From IMG/VR virus record IMGVR_UViG_3300031994_000025, positions 64,001 to 128,000 of that record: a stretch of 64,000 nucleotides of DNA; one strand, 5' to 3'. The translations under genes were made by a program, and so were the position numbers. The stretch is from a virus (lineage: Duplodnaviria; Caudoviricetes). Below are positions 26,510 to 36,262 of this stretch, piece after piece. The notes below the pieces were generated by a model. It worked only from the letters and a program-made list of their open reading frames with translations, had not been told where the DNA came from and searched no databases. Each line of letters opens with the position of its first letter. Positions within the stretch are counted from its first letter, which is position 1.

Positions 26510-27688
26510 ATGCATAAGAAAATAAGATACAGACTTGTGTTCAATTATGGTGGCAGGCTCAACAAGGACGGGCGTGCGCCAGTTGCCGTGGAGGCACGTC
26601 AAGGCAATAAAAAGATTCACCTTTCGTCGGATGTGGTACTTTTCCCGCACCAGTGGGACAAAGGGAAAGTCGTCGCGCACGACAATGCCGACAAGCTGAC
26701 GGTCTGGCTTGTCAGATGGATGCACCAGATTGAGGACATCGAACTCGACTCACTTCTCAGTGGACGGCCCATGACACTGACCAATCTGAAAAATGCCGTA
26801 AGGTTAGGTACCCATTCATCCGCCACCATCGGGGAGTTTGTCAGCGCCGTCATTGACAACAGCATACGCTCCAATCATACCAAGGCGGCTTATCACACCC
26901 TTGCGCGTGAAGTCGATAAGCATGACAAGGCAGTCAAAATGAATGACATCAATCATGACTGGATAGAACGGTGGCGAGCCTCGATGCACTCCCAGGGTCT
27001 CAGCGACAACACCATTAAGGGACGGCTGAAGCAGCTGCACTGCCTAACGCAGGAGGCCATCAAGCGAGACATTCTGACAAGCGACCCGTTCAAGTGGATC
27101 ACAATCGGAAACATGACGCCCAGACACGAATATCTCACACAGACTGAAATCAGGAAGTTCGAGACGGCTCGGTTAACGGGAAAGGAAGCAAAGGTGCGTG
27201 ACCTGTTCATGTTGTCTGTATATACAGGCCTACGATGGGGCGACCTTATCACGCTGGACGAAGCCGACATTAGCGGCGGCATCTTGAAGAAACAGATGTG
27301 CAAGACTAAGCGTGACGTTATGATTCCTATCAAAACACTTTTCTGGGGAAAAGGTCAAAGAATAATTGACCGCTATCAACCTGTATCAAAACTATGCAAA
27401 TGCGTGAAGTGCAACTCTTCAGCCAACCGTATTATTCAGGACATCGCCCGACGTATAGGCATCAAGAAAAGCGTGCATTTCCATCTGGCGAGAAAAACTT
27501 GCTCGACAATGCTCAGTTCCCTCGGTCTCCCGACAGGAGATATTGCCACCATCCTTGGGCACGCAAAGACAGAAACAACCCAGAAGTATTACATCTTTGG
27601 CAAGGAAGAGTCAATGATTAAGTCTTCAGCGAAATTGTTCCGTCAACCAAACAAGAATCCAGAACATATTAGTGAAGATGATCATTGA
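26510..27688 (+). CDS. tyrosine recombinase (probable shufflon invertase)
   Basis: YTGLRWGD, HFHLARKT, ILGH and TTQKYY catalytic motifs; arm-binding and SAM-like N-terminal domains; abuts the cassette array. Confidence 0.9.
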   Translation: MHKKIRYRLVFNYGGRLNKDGRAPVAVEARQGNKKIHLSSDVVLFPHQWDKGKVVAHDNADKLTVWLVRWMHQIEDIELDSLLSGRPMTLTNLKNAVRLGTHSSATIGEFVSAVIDNSIRSNHTKAAYHTLAREVDKHDKAVKMNDINHDWIERWRASMHSQGLSDNTIKGRLKQLHCLTQEAIKRDILTSDPFKWITIGNMTPRHEYLTQTEIRKFETARLTGKEAKVRDLFMLSVYTGLRWGDLITLDEADISGGILKKQMCKTKRDVMIPIKTLFWGKGQRIIDRYQPVSKLCKCVKCNSSANRIIQDIARRIGIKKSVHFHLARKTCSTMLSSLGLPTGDIATILGHAKTETTQKYYIFGKEESMIKSSAKLFRQPNKNPEHISEDDH

Positions 27689-27690
27689 TT

Positions 27691-27924
27691 CTGGGCGCAG
27701 ATGCAAATCTCAAATGCAAATATGTAGATAGTTTGAACGTGACAGAATCGGGCGCATACGCTATTGCCTGGAACCAAACAGAAGGTCTTTTTAGCGCTTC
27801 TGCATATTTCCTTGTATTTCAATATAACGGTTATGGAGCGCAACTTGCCATAGGGGCTAATGGCGAATTTTTTATTCGAAGAACAGACGGTGACTGGTAT
27901 AAAGTACAAACATCTAAAGTATAA
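27691..27924 (+). other. silent variable C-terminal cassette 1 of the shufflon
   Basis: Begins in frame at CTGGGCGCAG (LGA...), right after the recombinase stop; followed by a hairpin at 27933-27964. Confidence 0.75.
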
Positions 27925-27932
27925 ATACAATA

Positions 27933-27964
27933 TCGTGGGTGCAGGTATAAGTCTGCACCCACGA
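27933..27964. terminator. hairpin after cassette 1
   Basis: TCGTGGGTGCAG / CTGCACCCACGA 12-bp stem. Confidence 0.6.
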
Positions 27965-28030
27965 GTTCCATGCTGATGAGAATCCTGTTTTGTTGTGATT
28001 TGCTAATAAACAAGCATCTTTGCGATAGAA

Positions 28031-28303
28031 CTGGGCGCAGGTAAAAGCATTCCATTAAAATTAGTACCCTCTGGGACAAACTTCGATAACGTGATTGAAG
28101 GCGCATATCAAGTAGGTGCTTCCGATAATGTCAGCGGCCTTCCTATCAGTAATGCAGCATGTCTCGTATTCTGCCCTGTTTACGGGAATGGCTTTTGGAG
28201 GTTTCAGGTGTGTATATGCATGGCAAATAATCAAATCTATTTTCGCGGAGGCTATTCATCGTCATATAATGCATGGCAAAAACTGACAAGTACAGCAGTG
28301 TAA
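28031..28303 (+). other. silent variable C-terminal cassette 2 of the shufflon
   Basis: Frame is open from CTGGGCGCAG (LGAGKSIP...) to TAA at 28303; in-frame stop at 28007 with no start codon between it and the site. Confidence 0.75.
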
Positions 28304-28332
28304 AGAGGTGAGATTTTGTTCTCACCCCTTTA
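28301..28332. terminator. bidirectional hairpin between convergent cassettes
   Basis: TAAAGAGGTGAGA / TCTCACCCCTTTA. Confidence 0.55.
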
Positions 28333-28407
28333 TAATGCTATCCATAAAGACCAACTTGTATTCTTTTTTATGCAATTATTGTTCCTTCTTCAACCCGCTT
28401 AGGAATA

Positions 28408-28836
28408 CTAAACAGTAGATGAACTTAATTCTTGCCATCCGTCATTTCGCCATGAGCCGGAAGAGTAATATGCATAACAAAAAAAGATCTTGCTACCGCA
28501 AAAAATTAATATATGTTTATAGTTATCTGAGCCGTACAACTTCATCACGATGATTCGGCAAGCGTGTGTTGTGGGCATTGTAGAGGGCTTGTTGGCAAGT
28601 GAGGCAGTAACCGTACCAGATGTTGACTGATAACATCCATGAGAGAGTGATAATACATTAGCCCCAGAAGATAATATCGCACCTTCTGGAATGCTCCCTA
28701 CGCCCAGAACTGATTGAAGATTGGCAATGGAGATGATACCGTTGGTGTTGCCATTCTTGGCATACACGTTTGTTGCTGTTGTCAAAGTGTTTCCGAATAC
28801 TATTGACAGTGCTGCTGTTAAAGTTGATACATTCAT
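28408..28836 (-). CDS. expressed shufflon gene: ~43-aa constant N-terminus plus variable knob-like C-terminus (putative receptor-binding tip)
   Basis: Contains TTCTGGGCGTAG at SV|LGV (core 28707-28701), inverted relative to the cassette sites; all three variants end W-x-K/E-(V/L)-x-(T/S)-x(1-2)-V. Confidence 0.75.
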   Translation of the reverse strand: MNVSTLTAALSIVFGNTLTTATNVYAKNGNTNGIISIANLQSVLGVGSIPEGAILSSGANVLSLSHGCYQSTSGTVTASLANKPSTMPTTHACRIIVMKLYGSDNYKHILIFCGSKIFFCYAYYSSGSWRNDGWQELSSSTV

Positions 28837-28871
28837 AATCGTAAAAAAATTAAATGTTAGAAAATCCTAAG

Positions 28872-29150
28872 TTAGAAAATAGCGGTGGCGAGGATGGTTC
28901 CTATGACCACGCCGAGAAGCCCCCAGTCCCTGCTGAAGGGAAGCGGCATTGAGCAGATGCCAAAGAGTGCGTTGACCGTCAGGAGTGACAGTGCGCCTAC
29001 ACTCTGCGCCATGAAGATGGTTGATACCCTCGATGCCCCGCATGCCGCGCATAGCGCAGCCGCGAGCATCGTCATGATGAACGTGATGGCAAAGAGCGTT
29101 ATCGCTCCTCTGTTCGCCAGTAACAGTTGCTTGATTGATTCTTTTGTCAT
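28872..29150 (-). CDS. small three-TM membrane protein
   Basis: Hydrophobic 92-aa ORF in the late operon. Confidence 0.6.
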   Translation of the reverse strand: MTKESIKQLLLANRGAITLFAITFIMTMLAAALCAACGASRVSTIFMAQSVGALSLLTVNALFGICSMPLPFSRDWGLLGVVIGTILATAIF

Positions 29151-29162
29151 ATCTCTTGTTTT

Positions 29163-30581
29163 TTAACTGACATATACTTCCCAGTCTGAGTTGAGCGTCT
29201 GGTTTTGCACCACGTAGCATGTAGTGCCGCTGACCACCTGCGTGACCGCCGATGTGCCCTGGAAGATAAATGGGAACGGCGGTGCCGACGTGTCGGTCTT
29301 GCACCGGTATATCTTGCCGTCTATCTGCATTAACATGCCCGCCGTGAACGTGCTGGCCGACGTGAGGTCGTCCATGTCCACGATGTTCGGTTGCGTTGCG
29401 CTGACGGTAATCGTATAGGATGCCGACGCGCCCGTGTAGTTTGTATTTGCCGCCATTGTCGCCGTGATGGTCGCCGTGCCCGTTCCCTTGATTGTTACTA
29501 CACCAGTCGAGCTGTTGACGGTGGCCACGCTGGTGTTGCTCGACGAGTAGGTGATGGAGCCTGACCCCGCGTAGACGGGCTTGTTGGCTTGGATGGTGGT
29601 GAAGCGCACGTCCATCGGCATGGCGAAATAGCCGCAGTCGGGTATATGGTCTACTGAGCCGTCCTTGCGGTAGACTATCTGCAGGGTGTGCGTACCCGTG
29701 GGGATGGTGATGTCCACGTCCGTCCACTCCGCCGTGATATCTTTGCTCGTATGGATGACGCTCGACGGCACAGTGCTCGACGTGATGTCGGCGGCATCCC
29801 AGTTGGCGATATAGGGGAAATCGAAACTCGATTCCATCGCCTTACCAACCTTGACGGTCATGGGGATGGCCTTGCCGGTGGTATTGGCGAACGTCAGCTT
29901 CATTACGGAGACTGAGCTTTCCACATGGTAGTTGCTGAACGACTTGAATACCTGATAGCCGCTGACGGTCTTCTCTGTGGTCTTCTCCCATCCGCTGTTT
30001 GGAGCAGTGATGACGAGGGCTTCCGTCGTGCCTGCGTCGTAGGCCGCGAGGATTGCGGATATCTGGAAGCTGATGCTGCCCGAAGCCCTGTTGATGACGA
30101 GCGTGCCGGTGTAGTAGGTGACGGAGTAGTTGCCCGATCCCTTGCTGGTGGAGAAGCCTGTCGGAGTGATGGTGCCCGACTGGGTGGCGTTGGTCGTGGA
30201 CTGCGAGAGTTTCACGCCTGTCAGGCTGTCGCCGCTGACAAGTCCGCTGACGGTCACCTGTGACGTGCTCTGGCTGATGGACTGTCCGTAGGTGATGGTC
30301 TGGTTCTTCGCCGTGATGGTAAGACCCTTCCTGCTAATGGTAAATGTACCACTTGCCGTACCTGTATAATCTCCCTTACCTGTAATAGTAATGGTGGCTG
30401 TACCCGCATTGGTGTTGTTGCTGTACGCCACGTCGTAGTCGTCGGTGGTCAGCGTTACGCCGTTCAGCGTGACGGTCGGTGTCGGCGTGTGCGCGCTTCC
30501 GTTGTAGGTCTGGCTGCTCGCCGTCACAACAGCAGTGCTGATGTCCGTCCGAAGGGATTGTAGTAGCGTTCTTCTTCTCAT
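29163..30581 (-). CDS. Ig-like repeat virion protein (MBG/Big_2-type domains)
   Basis: DYDVAYSNNTNAGTATITITGKGDYTG; ITYSSSNTSVATVNSSTGVVTIKGTGTATITA. Confidence 0.8.
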   Translation of the reverse strand: MRRRTLLQSLRTDISTAVVTASSQTYNGSAHTPTPTVTLNGVTLTTDDYDVAYSNNTNAGTATITITGKGDYTGTASGTFTISRKGLTITAKNQTITYGQSISQSTSQVTVSGLVSGDSLTGVKLSQSTTNATQSGTITPTGFSTSKGSGNYSVTYYTGTLVINRASGSISFQISAILAAYDAGTTEALVITAPNSGWEKTTEKTVSGYQVFKSFSNYHVESSVSVMKLTFANTTGKAIPMTVKVGKAMESSFDFPYIANWDAADITSSTVPSSVIHTSKDITAEWTDVDITIPTGTHTLQIVYRKDGSVDHIPDCGYFAMPMDVRFTTIQANKPVYAGSGSITYSSSNTSVATVNSSTGVVTIKGTGTATITATMAANTNYTGASASYTITVSATQPNIVDMDDLTSASTFTAGMLMQIDGKIYRCKTDTSAPPFPFIFQGTSAVTQVVSGTTCYVVQNQTLNSDWEVYVS

Positions 30582-30585
30582 ATCG

Positions 30586-31209
30586 CTATTCCTCCGTTAT
30601 GACGTTTTCAGAAGATTCCTCCGATGCAGGTGTTTCCACGTTCGGATCTTTCTCCACGTCGGGTGCGTCTTCCGCCCCCTCCTCCACGGTCGGAGTGAAT
30701 TCCAGCTTCTCCGGGTAGTCGGCCGTCACGTCGATGACGGACACCTCTTCCATCGTCGCAGCCGCCATGATGTCGCGCTTGTGACGCTCCGTGACGTTCA
30801 GGCACTCGGAGGCATACACCTCCACTGCCGACAGCAGGGTTTCCCATGTGTCGAGGGGGAAGGTGAACTCCATACCCCCGTAGACCTTCGTCATGTCCGT
30901 TCTTCCGAGACGGCGGTAGGCCGATATGCTGGCGAGGATGCGGGAACGCTCCTCAAAGTAGAGCCACATCGGCTGTCCGTAAAGATAGAATACGTTCACC
31001 TCCGGGGAGTCATTGTATGTCTCCGCCTCCGCCAGCCTTGCGGCCTTGGCCTCCGCCAGCAGCTCTTCCGCCGTCTTCTCAGGCTCCGTCACCTCCGTAT
31101 AGCCGCTGGCCAGCAGCAGTTCTTCAGTAGGGTTCAGTATGGTCTTTCCGTCGGCCACTATAAAGCTGCCGTTCCAAGGCTGGCCGTTGCTGTCAATATA
31201 CTTCTTCAT
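30586..31209 (-). CDS. DUF4376-like tail-associated protein
   Basis: LAEAKAARLAEAETYNDS...EVYASECLNVTERHK...DYPEKL. Confidence 0.7.
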   Translation of the reverse strand: MKKYIDSNGQPWNGSFIVADGKTILNPTEELLLASGYTEVTEPEKTAEELLAEAKAARLAEAETYNDSPEVNVFYLYGQPMWLYFEERSRILASISAYRRLGRTDMTKVYGGMEFTFPLDTWETLLSAVEVYASECLNVTERHKRDIMAAATMEEVSVIDVTADYPEKLEFTPTVEEGAEDAPDVEKDPNVETPASEESSENVITEE

Positions 31210-31223
31210 AGTCTCTTCTCATT

Positions 31224-31853
31224 TTACCATTCGTTGATGATTCCGTAGTAAGCCTCCTTTGCACCGTTGTAGATGATTGTCACCTCGTAGTGGTGGCCTG
31301 CCCTTACCGTCGGGATGCCTGCCCAGATGATGCTCTCTGGCAGTACGAGCTGAGTGGCCTGCTGCTCAGGGGAGTCGAAGCTGAACCTGTACTCGTTGGC
31401 AATGCCGTCCTGCGGTGCCGCAAGCGTGATGACAAGCCTCCCCGCATCGCTGAAGTCATAGCGGACGTTCGGCTGTAGCGTGTGCTCCTGCCCCTCCGTC
31501 TGTACCACCTTCGAGTCTGCCAGGCCGAGGTTGGCGATGATCGCCGCACGCTCGTTCTCCGTCAGGTTCTTCGACAGGCTTTCAAGCGTCGGGTCGGGCG
31601 CGGGTTCCGGCGCGAGTTCCGGGTCAGGCCCCTGCTCAGGCTCGTTGAGCGCCATGTTCCACACTTCCTCGATGCTGGCCTCGGGATGCTCCGTGCGGAA
31701 TGCCTTCTGTGCCGTTGTCAGCTTTACCCACTTCCCGTCGAGGTAGTCCTGCCACGTCGTGCCGACGGGATAGTTATCGCTGTTCAGCGCCTTGCCGAGC
31801 GTCACGAACCCGCCGGGGGCACTCTTCTGTATATATACATGCTGTGTTGCCAT
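31224..31853 (-). CDS. tail fibre-associated protein
   Basis: GTTWQDYLDGKWVKLT and LQPNVRYDF...LPESIIW patterns typical of Bacteroidota phage fibre genes; start uncertain (31853 or 31892). Confidence 0.65.
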   Translation of the reverse strand: MATQHVYIQKSAPGGFVTLGKALNSDNYPVGTTWQDYLDGKWVKLTTAQKAFRTEHPEASIEEVWNMALNEPEQGPDPELAPEPAPDPTLESLSKNLTENERAAIIANLGLADSKVVQTEGQEHTLQPNVRYDFSDAGRLVITLAAPQDGIANEYRFSFDSPEQQATQLVLPESIIWAGIPTVRAGHHYEVTIIYNGAKEAYYGIINEW

Positions 31854-31875
31854 TGCTGTTTCTTCTTTTAAGTGA

Positions 31876-32229
31876 TTAGAGGGCACGGACATATATCTCC
31901 ACCGTGCCGCCTGTGGTCTTGTTGAGGAAGTTCACCTCGCAGTAGCCGCCAGCGGGACAGGTAACCGTGCTGGCGCTGGCGGACGGCAACTTGTAGATGC
32001 CTGCCGACGGTAGTGTAACGATACGGTCCGTGCTGCCTGTGTTCTTGATTATGAGCGTCTGCGTCTTGTCGTTGTCGTTGGCCGACGTGATGGTACAGGC
32101 TGCAGATGCGTCATAGTCCGTGGTTATGCTAATTACGCTGACTGCTCCCAGCGCTATGATCCAAGGCTTCATCGAGTTGTTCCATACGGCCTGGAGGTCG
32201 TCAAGCGCCATATAGTGGTCTTTTGTCAT
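31876..32229 (-). CDS. small tail fibre/tip protein
   Basis: N-terminus is paralogous to that of 32319-33248; beta-rich C-terminus. Confidence 0.65.
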   Translation of the reverse strand: MTKDHYMALDDLQAVWNNSMKPWIIALGAVSVISITTDYDASAACTITSANDNDKTQTLIIKNTGSTDRIVTLPSAGIYKLPSASASTVTCPAGGYCEVNFLNKTTGGTVEIYVRAL

Positions 32230-32318
32230 ATCCTAATCCTGTTTTTATGAGTGAAAGGAAAACGGAAAAGGGAGAGGGAGGATAGTGTTAAACCGCTCCC
32301 TTTCCCATTTGCGAGAGT

Positions 32319-33248
32319 TTAGGCCACGAATGTGGCCAGTTCCTCGGCGGTCACGCGCTCGGGGATCTCAAACGTCACGTCGACGGCGTTGTTGCCGTCG
32401 GGCGTCAGAGCCGTGCCGTTCACCTTGACGCTCTGGATGGCTGAGTCGGCCTTTGCACCCTGTGCGGCGGTGGCGAAGTCGGAAGCCTTCGAGCCTGAGT
32501 CCTTCAGGTTGCCGTTGGCATCCAGGCCTGCGAAGTTGTCGGCGGTAGCACCGCTGACGATGTCGGCCTTGTCGGCGATGTCGGCTGCCTGCAGTGCGGT
32601 GTCTGCCTTGCCGAGGGAAGCCTGCACGTCGGAGGCGAGGTCGGTCTTGGCAATACCCGTAGCGGGCTTGTCATACTTGGCGTTCCAAGCAGCCTTGTCA
32701 CTTGTGGTCACGTGGATGTCGGTGTCGGCAGCGTGCAGGTCGTAGGCATCCTTCAGGGCCTTACCCTTGGAGCCCTCGTAGGCAGTGCCCTGTGTCTCGC
32801 CGAGAGCCAGGCCGGCTGCGATAGGAACGTAGGTCGTTCCGCCCCAGCGGTAGGTCTGGTTGTTGGAGAGGTCGATGTAAATCTTACCGCCCTCAGCGGG
32901 AATCTCCGTGGTGTAGGCGTTCTCCTCGTAGAACTTGCCGTCAGTGGCGTTCAGGTAGCCTTCCAGAACGTCGTCAACAAAGGACGGCAGCTGGCTTGAC
33001 GGCACCTTGCCGTTGGCATCGAGGGTAGCCACGCCGTTGTTGGTGCCCTTCTCAGAGGCCAGCACGTAGGAACCTGCTGACTGGAAGGTTGACTGGTCGA
33101 GCAGCGTGCCGTCCTGGAGGACGAGCTTCGGTGTTGCGCCTTCGGCAACTGCGGTTACGGCGATGAATGCGCCCACAATCCAAGGCTTCATCGAGTTGGT
33201 CCATACTGTCTGGAGGTCAGCCAGGGCCATGTACTTTTCTTTTGTCAT
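32319..33248 (-). CDS. tail or head fibre protein
   Basis: NGVATLDANGKVPSSQLPSFVDDVLE, LALGETQGTAYEG and ATAAQGAKADSA fibre repeats. Confidence 0.8.
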   Translation of the reverse strand: MTKEKYMALADLQTVWTNSMKPWIVGAFIAVTAVAEGATPKLVLQDGTLLDQSTFQSAGSYVLASEKGTNNGVATLDANGKVPSSQLPSFVDDVLEGYLNATDGKFYEENAYTTEIPAEGGKIYIDLSNNQTYRWGGTTYVPIAAGLALGETQGTAYEGSKGKALKDAYDLHAADTDIHVTTSDKAAWNAKYDKPATGIAKTDLASDVQASLGKADTALQAADIADKADIVSGATADNFAGLDANGNLKDSGSKASDFATAAQGAKADSAIQSVKVNGTALTPDGNNAVDVTFEIPERVTAEELATFVA

Positions 33249-33348
33249 AGTTGAAAAGATTTTAAAAATTGAACTTGTGATGGACTTGCACCATCGTTAT
33301 CTAATTTATTGATTGAGTTCCGATTTGCAAGGTCAACATAAACCCTGC

Positions 33349-33636
33349 TCATATTCTGGCTATCAGGTTGAGCGCGTAGGAGCGCAGCCGGCCCCTGTCT
33401 TCGCCCTGCTTTTCGGCCTGGTCGATGAGCGTCTTCAGCACGGTGGTGGCTCCCATGATGTAGCCCATCGGACTGGCCTTCGGCGCGTCGGGTGCGGTCA
33501 GTGCGGCGTATAGCGTGCGGGCTATCTGCTCCGACTGCTGCGCCTCGCGGCTCACGGCGGGCTTGGTATGTGTGCGTTTGCGGCCTCGCGGTGCGGGGGC
33601 CTTGGCGGTGGGTTTCTTGATCTTTGTCGTTGTCAT
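33349..33636 (-). CDS. small basic hypothetical protein
   Basis: 95-aa ORF in the late operon. Confidence 0.6.
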   Translation of the reverse strand: MTTTKIKKPTAKAPAPRGRKRTHTKPAVSREAQQSEQIARTLYAALTAPDAPKASPMGYIMGATTVLKTLIDQAEKQGEDRGRLRSYALNLIARI

Positions 33637-33658
33637 AGTTTCATCCGTTTTGTTTGGT

Positions 33659-33865
33659 TTACACTTGGAATCCGGCGAGATCTTCCTGCGTCACGCGCTC
33701 GGCCATCTGTTCCTTCACCCCTGGCGAGAGGTCTTCCATCTCGACGCTTTCATCCTTTATCTCCTCCGAGCCGACGCTGTCGGCTGGCGCCACTCCGCTG
33801 CCGCCGCCCGTAAACTCATACTCCTTGCCGCCAACCTCGACGACTAATTTTTTCATTTCTTCCAT
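33659..33865 (-). CDS. small fibre-related protein (paralog of 56983-57270)
   Basis: DSVGSEEIKDESVEMEDL...ERVTQEDL. Confidence 0.65.
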   Translation of the reverse strand: MEEMKKLVVEVGGKEYEFTGGGSGVAPADSVGSEEIKDESVEMEDLSPGVKEQMAERVTQEDLAGFQV

Positions 33866-33901
33866 ATCTCTTATCTTTTTAATGATTTACTTGCTATATC
33901 C

Positions 33902-36262
33902 TTATTCATTTGCACTTATAATCATCCATGCATAGTCTGACGCATCCTGTCCGTTCTGCGTCGTATTATAGGTCGATATGTACGGATTCTTCTGCGCCAC
34001 CAGTTCTATTGACTTGTAAAGGGCATTGGGACTTCCCATAATCCCGAAGACCGTAAAGCTGTTTGCTGAAGAGGGTGTAAGGTCCGTGCATTTTACAGAG
34101 TCAGGAGACCCGACAAAGGTAAAATCGACAGTCCCCTTGCGGAATTTCACAGGAACAGCCGCCACAATCATATTGGCGGTATAGGACAGATCTGCCAAGT
34201 CTTTGTATTCCTCTGTATCTTCACGGTAGATAACCGCCAGGTTAATTTGACTCGGATTGAGTGAAGCCGCCGTGCCGTTCCCGCCACTAATCGTACCGTT
34301 AATAATCCTGATTCTCATGCCTTCGAAGAATCTGGCGGGAGGAAGAATAATGGTATATCCTACGCAAGTAATCCCGGAAAAGAGACTGTATGAACTGTCA
34401 CGTTTGCTGCCGGATATAATTATGGTATCTCCATGAAGGGTTATATTTGCCACCGGGCCGCTTGCGTCTATGTCCATTCCTGTGCCGTTGGCCTTCCAGA
34501 ATGTAAAAGGACGAATGTAGTTGTTTACCTTATCGACTAACACCTTGTGATACATCAACGAACCTCTGATTGTGACATTATCCATCGTTACATTGCCATC
34601 GGCATCCACATGAACCTTCCCACCTGCAATATTCACCTCACCGTTACCCTTTACCTGAAAATTGCCGAGCGCACCAATCATTGCACCCGTGAGTCCGTCA
34701 ACAGCCTGAGTGGGGGTAAACCCGTACTCCCTGGCCACAGCCACAGTCACCTGACTGCTTCCGTATGATGACGACGACGTAGTTGCATGCTCCAACCGAA
34801 GGTAGTAGTAGGCCGTCTCGTTACAGACGTAGGTGGCCCGTTTTGTCGCGTTCGTCGTCGACGTAAACGTCATCAGATCCTGCACCAGAACCCATGAGTC
34901 TCCGCTTCGTCGATAGAGCGCCAGCCGAGTGTCGGAATAGCCGTTGGCATACCCCGATGCCTCGACGTAAAGGTCGCGTCCTGCCGTAAGCCGCATCAGA
35001 GCATAATAAGCCGACTGGGCGGTGTTCCTTGCAAGAGTCTTGGTGATGGGGCCGGTCTGCTTGTCTACGCCTTGTCCGAGCGGATCGTCGGAATTGAATC
35101 CAGTATATGCGGCTACGCCGCCGTGCATGGCAGGATTGTCAGGATCGGTGGTGTTATAGCGGGTGAACGCGGGATTGCCGGAAGCGTCCATGCCCCTGAT
35201 GACACCACTGGCCGACATCTGCCATTGGCCGCTCACGATGAAGGCACCCAGATTCGCGAAGTCGGCAAACAGGTATTTGGTGCGGATAAGGTTTTCGCGG
35301 TTTAGCCCTTGTTTCCATATCGTGTGTCCCGTGTCCTGCTGCGGACTGATGTGGTTATTGTTCGCATCAAGATTGGTGGCGGCATCAAGGTAATATATCT
35401 CAGCCGAGCCCGACCCGTCGTCCACCTCAACGGCTACCGTCTGCCGGTCGTCACTGCGGTAGATGATGGTTGGGTCGTATTCTCCTGCGATATAGCACAT
35501 TTTACCTGTTGCTCCCGTAATACTGTCTCCGTCCTGTCCGTCATGCACAATCGTTACATATTCCGCCCTGACGGCTCTGCCGCCAACCATGATAGAAACG
35601 AATATACTCGCCGCGTTGTTAGCCGTAGATACGTCATTCAGGTCGTCGTCAAAATAGCCACCATCCGAGAATGCGCCTGTGCCGCTCGTTGTAAATTCTG
35701 CGGATATACCGCCGGAATAGCCCATAAGTACCTGAGCATTCTTCATTGCCGTCCACGTTTCGCCAACCACCTTGTAGGCATACCCTTTTAGCGAACCTGT
35801 CACATGTCCGTTCTTGTCACACCTGGCCCATGCGTCGGTCAGAAGTATCTCATAGCTTTCCGGGCTGTCGCCGTCCGCCAAGACCGCGATCTCCTTCTTT
35901 GCAAGGAAGGTCGTAGGGGCAGCGGCATTGGCACCGACCACCGTATCGGTGGCATATATCACGACAGCGCCGACGGTCTTCGCAACGGTGATGCCGCTGA
36001 ACGCCCTGCTTGAGACCTTACCCGTGTATCTCGCCGCCTGACTCTGGCCTGTTCCCGTGCGGAAGTAAACCGAGAAATAGCATGCATAGGCTACCGGGGC
36101 ACTGTTGCCTGACTTCATGTAACAGGAGGCGGTGAAGGCAAGCGTGGCCGACGCACCGCCAGAGGCTATGCGCAACGTATCAACGTTCGAACGGACCTCG
36201 TAGGTCTGTCCGTCCCTGACTGCCGTCACTGTGAACGCCCTGCTTGGTGGTTTCCTGTTCAT
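33902..36262 (-). CDS. tail fibre / receptor-binding protein
   Basis: 786-aa beta-rich ORF; GNFQVKGNGEVNIAGGKVHVDADGNVTMDNVTIRGSL shaft repeat; AT-richer C-terminal domain. Confidence 0.7.
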   Translation of the reverse strand: MNRKPPSRAFTVTAVRDGQTYEVRSNVDTLRIASGGASATLAFTASCYMKSGNSAPVAYACYFSVYFRTGTGQSQAARYTGKVSSRAFSGITVAKTVGAVVIYATDTVVGANAAAPTTFLAKKEIAVLADGDSPESYEILLTDAWARCDKNGHVTGSLKGYAYKVVGETWTAMKNAQVLMGYSGGISAEFTTSGTGAFSDGGYFDDDLNDVSTANNAASIFVSIMVGGRAVRAEYVTIVHDGQDGDSITGATGKMCYIAGEYDPTIIYRSDDRQTVAVEVDDGSGSAEIYYLDAATNLDANNNHISPQQDTGHTIWKQGLNRENLIRTKYLFADFANLGAFIVSGQWQMSASGVIRGMDASGNPAFTRYNTTDPDNPAMHGGVAAYTGFNSDDPLGQGVDKQTGPITKTLARNTAQSAYYALMRLTAGRDLYVEASGYANGYSDTRLALYRRSGDSWVLVQDLMTFTSTTNATKRATYVCNETAYYYLRLEHATTSSSSYGSSQVTVAVAREYGFTPTQAVDGLTGAMIGALGNFQVKGNGEVNIAGGKVHVDADGNVTMDNVTIRGSLMYHKVLVDKVNNYIRPFTFWKANGTGMDIDASGPVANITLHGDTIIISGSKRDSSYSLFSGITCVGYTIILPPARFFEGMRIRIINGTISGGNGTAASLNPSQINLAVIYREDTEEYKDLADLSYTANMIVAAVPVKFRKGTVDFTFVGSPDSVKCTDLTPSSANSFTVFGIMGSPNALYKSIELVAQKNPYISTYNTTQNGQDASDYAWMIISANE

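Noticed and set aside
26510-27688. Prophage integrase with att site
   Set aside because: Phage genes continue on both sides, no host junction or tRNA is visible, and the gene abuts inverted cassette sites. An integration role cannot be fully excluded.
28408-36262. Diversity-generating retroelement acting on fibre genes
   Set aside because: No reverse transcriptase and no TR/VR pair with adenine-specific mismatches seen in the window.
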